In this document: positions 60,231 through 64,000 of the stretch, piece after piece
How the letters are laid out: each line of letters starts with the position of its first letter
Numbering within the stretch: the first letter of the stretch is position 1
Source of the DNA: an uncultured delta proteobacterium
GTDB lineage: Bacteria > Desulfobacterota > Syntrophorhabdia > Syntrophorhabdales > WCHB1-27
DNA length: 64,000 nucleotides
Direction of reading: 5' to 3'
Assembly (NCBI GenBank): GCA_963810935.1
Contig: CAWEPK010000008.1
Location: forward strand, 64,001 to 128,000
Notes under the pieces: generated by a model
Database searches by the model: none
Told to the model about the DNA's origin: nothing
What the model saw: the letters and a program-made list of their open reading frames with translations, nothing else
Position numbers and translations under genes: made by a program

Positions 60231-62501
60231 CTATTTTCCGGCGCCCGAAAGCGTTACGTTAACCGTCGGGGTCGCCGGGTCGTTCGATGATACCGACAGG
60301 GTCGCGCGCCGCGTGCCTGTCTGTTTGGGGTTGAACGTCATGTTGATATTGCACGACTTGGCAGATGTAAGTGTCGAGCAACTGCTCGACCAGTTGAAAT
60401 CCCCGGGGTTCGTACCGCCGATCGATATGGGGCCGACGGTCAGCGTGCCTACACCCGTATTGGCGACCCTCACAAGCCCCGACGTGGACTTGCCTACGCC
60501 CACCTGTCCGAAGTTGATGGACGCCGGCGATACGGAGACCTTCGGCGGCTGCCCGGCCTGGCTGACTGAGAACGTTTGCCCGGCTGCCGTGATGGAGCCC
60601 GACCTGCTGCTTGCGCCGGTGTTGGCCGTTACGCTGTACTTGACAGTGCCGGACCCGCCCCCGCTTGCCCCGGATGTTATCCTGATCCATGAATCGTTGC
60701 TGGCCGCCGTCCACGTGCAGCCGGTTTGAGTAGTCACCGAAAGGCTGCCCGTGCCGGCCTGCGCCGTGAACGAGGCGCCGTTCGGCGAGATCGAGTACGT
60801 GCAGGCCGGCGAGACATACTGGTAAGGGCCTATGTCCCAGGGGCCTGCCGTGGGGCGGGTATTGCCGTCCCGGTCTTTATATATCTCCGGTATGAGTGAG
60901 TTGTTTATGACTACGGCCTGGCCTATAAGGCTGCTGGCGGAGGTCAGGTGGTAGTCGGGTGTCGCAGGGTTTACGAACTCTGCGTACCTGTTATCTACGC
61001 TGCAAACCGAATGGGCATCCTGCCCGTGATTTTTATACCAGGTCCTTGTCGTCGAGCCGGGCGCGCTGGTCGAGTCGTAGAAGTATACGTCATATACATC
61101 AGCGCCGTCCCAGGCTGCGCACGTGTTATAGGTAATCTGCCCACCGGGCTCAAGCTGCTCGAAGTCGTTATAATCGGACGTCAGCGCAAGACCCTCAGTG
61201 TGCTGGGTCCACAGGTCCCAGGGATAGGTTGTATTAGCGTTTGCCCTGCTGTTGCCGTATAAGATGGTGTTCCTCAGATCGACTACGGTCTGCCTGTTCG
61301 TGTAGGCCGGGGCATCGATGTAAACGCCCCACGTGTTCCCCGTCGTCAGGCAGTTGTAGATCGACGTGGTTGCGCCGTTGTAGATGTAGAAGCCTATGCC
61401 GTTTGTCCTGGCGAAGGAGTTGATGTACCAATACCTGATCGTGCCCGCGATGTCGCCCACGTGCGACGCGTACCCGTTCGAGTTGTTATAGGAATCGCAG
61501 TTCACGTACTTGATCATGTCGGTGAGAACTGATGCCGGGCTGCCTACTACGCCCACGTCGAAGCCGTTGCCCTTGTTGTCGTGCGATGTGCAGCCCGTAT
61601 ACGTAACGTTTGTGCTGTTCGTGAGCCAGAAGCCGATCCACGTGTTCGTGTAGCCGGTGCTGGTGCCCGCCACGTCGCCGTTATTGTACGACTGGCAGTT
61701 GATTACCTGCCCGTTGGAGCACCCGTAGGTGTTGTCCCCTATCATGAAGCCGCTGGACAGGCTGCCGTTCTGGTGGTTCCCGTCTATCTCGATGTTCTGG
61801 AAAGTAAATGAATCGTTGCACTGCACGTTCACGTTGAACTCGACGTTATTGAAAAGCTTCATGTTCCTGACAACAAGGCCCTCCATCTTCGTGCTCTCGC
61901 TATCGCCCGTTGCCTGGAAGCCCCTCGATTTCGAATTCTGGATCACGAACCCGCCCGCCTTCACTCCGTCCACCACTATGTAATCACGCTTCCACACGAA
62001 GAACATGGGGTCGTAGTTGGCCAGGGTCTGGTTGGCGCCGTCGAATATTACCGGGCCGCCCGTCCCCCATGATGACGTATCTACTGTAATCGTTATCGGG
62101 GCCGAGGACGTACCCTGTGCGTACCAATCGGAGCTTACGACGAGCTTGTTCGTGATCGTCGTGCCCGATTTTACCTTGATGACGTCTCCGGCCTTGATTG
62201 TCGTCCAGCCCGTCGCGGTGAGGTAGCCGCTGTTGTCGTTGCTGTACGAGCCTGGTATGTGCTGCCACGCCTGTGCCTGTGAGGTGCCAAGGTTGGCGTC
62301 GGAGCCGGAGACGGGATCGACGTAGTAAGTGGGGTCGCCCTCCCTGCCGCCTTGGCCCCCTGACTGCTGGGTGCTGCTTCCGCTTGCCGTGGCGGTGTCC
62401 GCATACCCCGTCGCCGCGCAAGCTATGCGTAGGCCCGAAACAAGGGACAGGACCGCAAGCACGGCCCATAGAAGCACGATGGTTCCGTTTTTAGGACGCA
62501 T
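60231..62501 (-). CDS. Secreted right-handed beta-helix protein with C-terminal BACON-like and Ig/ASH-like domains
   Basis: Signal peptide, TYYVD...GSD..GT, Asn-ladder repeats, DIGPYQY, CTWTAASNDSWI, SPASINFG. Confidence 0.8.
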   Translation of the reverse strand: MRPKNGTIVLLWAVLAVLSLVSGLRIACAATGYADTATASGSSTQQSGGQGGREGDPTYYVDPVSGSDANLGTSQAQAWQHIPGSYSNDNSGYLTATGWTTIKAGDVIKVKSGTTITNKLVVSSDWYAQGTSSAPITITVDTSSWGTGGPVIFDGANQTLANYDPMFFVWKRDYIVVDGVKAGGFVIQNSKSRGFQATGDSESTKMEGLVVRNMKLFNNVEFNVNVQCNDSFTFQNIEIDGNHQNGSLSSGFMIGDNTYGCSNGQVINCQSYNNGDVAGTSTGYTNTWIGFWLTNSTNVTYTGCTSHDNKGNGFDVGVVGSPASVLTDMIKYVNCDSYNNSNGYASHVGDIAGTIRYWYINSFARTNGIGFYIYNGATTSIYNCLTTGNTWGVYIDAPAYTNRQTVVDLRNTILYGNSRANANTTYPWDLWTQHTEGLALTSDYNDFEQLEPGGQITYNTCAAWDGADVYDVYFYDSTSAPGSTTRTWYKNHGQDAHSVCSVDNRYAEFVNPATPDYHLTSASSLIGQAVVINNSLIPEIYKDRDGNTRPTAGPWDIGPYQYVSPACTYSISPNGASFTAQAGTGSLSVTTQTGCTWTAASNDSWIRITSGASGGGSGTVKYSVTANTGASSRSGSITAAGQTFSVSQAGQPPKVSVSPASINFGQVGVGKSTSGLVRVANTGVGTLTVGPISIGGTNPGDFNWSSSCSTLTSAKSCNINMTFNPKQTGTRRATLSVSSNDPATPTVNVTLSGAGK

Positions 62502-62780
62502 GGCGCCTCCTCGTCTTATTCGCGAATAAAGAGTGTCGGAAGGGTAAATTCCCCTGCCGCCGGTTGCCCTCGATGCCGGATGACGGGCGGTCCTTAGGGA
62601 GGCGCGTTGAAGCTGTTCACATGAAGGGGCGACCGAAGCGCCCGGAGGGATGCCCTAAAAATAACAATGCGTACGGGACGCATTTTTGTCAACCAGCGGG
62701 CGCTGCGGAAAGGCCCGGGCTAACGTTTGGCAGGAGATGGATCTTTAAAAAAGCGAAGAGGGGAGGGGACCAAAAAAAAG

Positions 62781-63142
<362 letters not shown>

Positions 63143-63530
63143 GCAGCCGCATCTTTCGCAAGCTTGTCCGCAATCCTGTTTCCTTCTCTCGGGATATATT
63201 TTACCGAAAAATGGGAGAGTTTCCTGATGAGGCGGTGCGCCTCCTCCAGGTAAACCTTGAGCCTTTCGTTCTTGATCTTGTATTTGCCGAGTACCTGGTT
63301 TGCCACAAGCTGCGAATCGGTATATACATGGACGGGCAGGGTATTGCTGTCTTCGACTTTGCGCAGGGCGCGGACAAGCGCCTCGTACTCGGCCATGTTG
63401 TTCGTCATCGTGCCGAGGTGGACGCTCTCCCTCCATACCTCGTTGTTCTCTTCATCGAAGGCAACTATACCTGCGCCGGACAGGCCGGGGTTCCCCAGCG
63501 AGGCCCCATCGATGTAGATGTGCCACTCCC

Positions 63531-64000
63531 TCATTCGTCTTCCTGGAAGTAGAAGATCCTGTTGCAGCTCGGGCACGTGATGATCCTGCTGTTCTTCATG
63601 ACCTCTATGAACAACTGCGGCGGGATATTCATGTAGCACCCCAGGCAGGTGCCGTGCTTTACATTGACAACGGCGATGCCGGCCCTCTTCTCGATCAGCA
63701 CGTTGTATCGCTCTTTGATCTCGTCGTTTATGTCGACCAGCAGCCTCTCACGCTCGCCCCGGAGCTTTTCGATTATGGCGTCGGCCGCCTTGATCTCTTT
63801 CTCGAGTTCACCGACCTCCTGGGCAACCTCCTGCTCCCTTTTTGTCAGCTCTTTCTGGGAGGACTGGCTGTCCTTCTTCAGCTCCTCTATCCGTTCCATG
63901 AGGAGTATTATGTCTTCTTCCGTCTTGTCGTTGGCCGTCCTTGCCGCCTCGATCTCCTTGAGGATCGCCTGGTATTCCTTGTTGGTCTTCACTTCGTGGA
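63531..64000 (-). CDS. Coiled-coil C4 zinc-ribbon protein (CT398/HP0958-like), 5' end outside window
   Basis: Long coiled coil, CLGC...PPQ...CPSCNRI. Confidence 0.88.
   Translation of the reverse strand, partial: HEVKTNKEYQAILKEIEAARTANDKTEEDIILLMERIEELKKDSQSSQKELTKREQEVAQEVGELEKEIKAADAIIEKLRGERERLLVDINDEIKERYNVLIEKRAGIAVVNVKHGTCLGCYMNIPPQLFIEVMKNSRIITCPSCNRIFYFQEDE

Noticed and set aside
62502..62780. c-di-GMP or other riboswitch upstream of the beta-helix gene
   Set aside because: No recognisable aptamer consensus by eye; a covariance-model search is needed

Overview
GC-rich bacterial chromosomal DNA; gene content and order suggest an anaerobic deltaproteobacterium (Desulfobacterota-like; inference). 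Bases 1-43.6 kb are one large flagellar and chemotaxis cluster: fliF(partial)GHIJK-flgDE, fliLMNOPQR-flhBA-flhG-fliA (no flhF), a 3-gene opposite-strand insert, cheB-HEAT-cheR-cheY-cheA-cheW, flgFGAHIJMNKL-csrA-fliW, fliC, fliDS, several small ORFs, and a REC / HD-GYP / PilZ / motAB block. Next come pxpABC with a Liv-type ABC transporter, msrB, a radical SAM gene, def-fmt, a Tat flavoprotein with a tetraheme cytochrome, an MltD-like transglycosylase, a GNAT, DUF885, a secreted beta-helix protein, RNase P RNA, RNase HI and a C4 zinc-ribbon gene. No CRISPR array, IS element, tRNA or rRNA was seen. Main signals: (1) the extracellular axial flagellar proteins are strongly depleted of Arg/Lys, even at conserved sites; (2) nine genes carry single-base frameshifts, five at or beside AGCT, suggesting methylation-driven long-read errors; (3) a readable sigma54/sigma28 hierarchy with a shared GGAA-N5-TTCC enhancer and apparently leaderless transcripts; (4) MshEN-like repeats in CheA; (5) a flavocytochrome lacking the fumarate-reductase catalytic motifs; (6) the RNase HI ORF runs into the RNase P RNA. 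All family assignments come from motif recognition by eye, not database searches.
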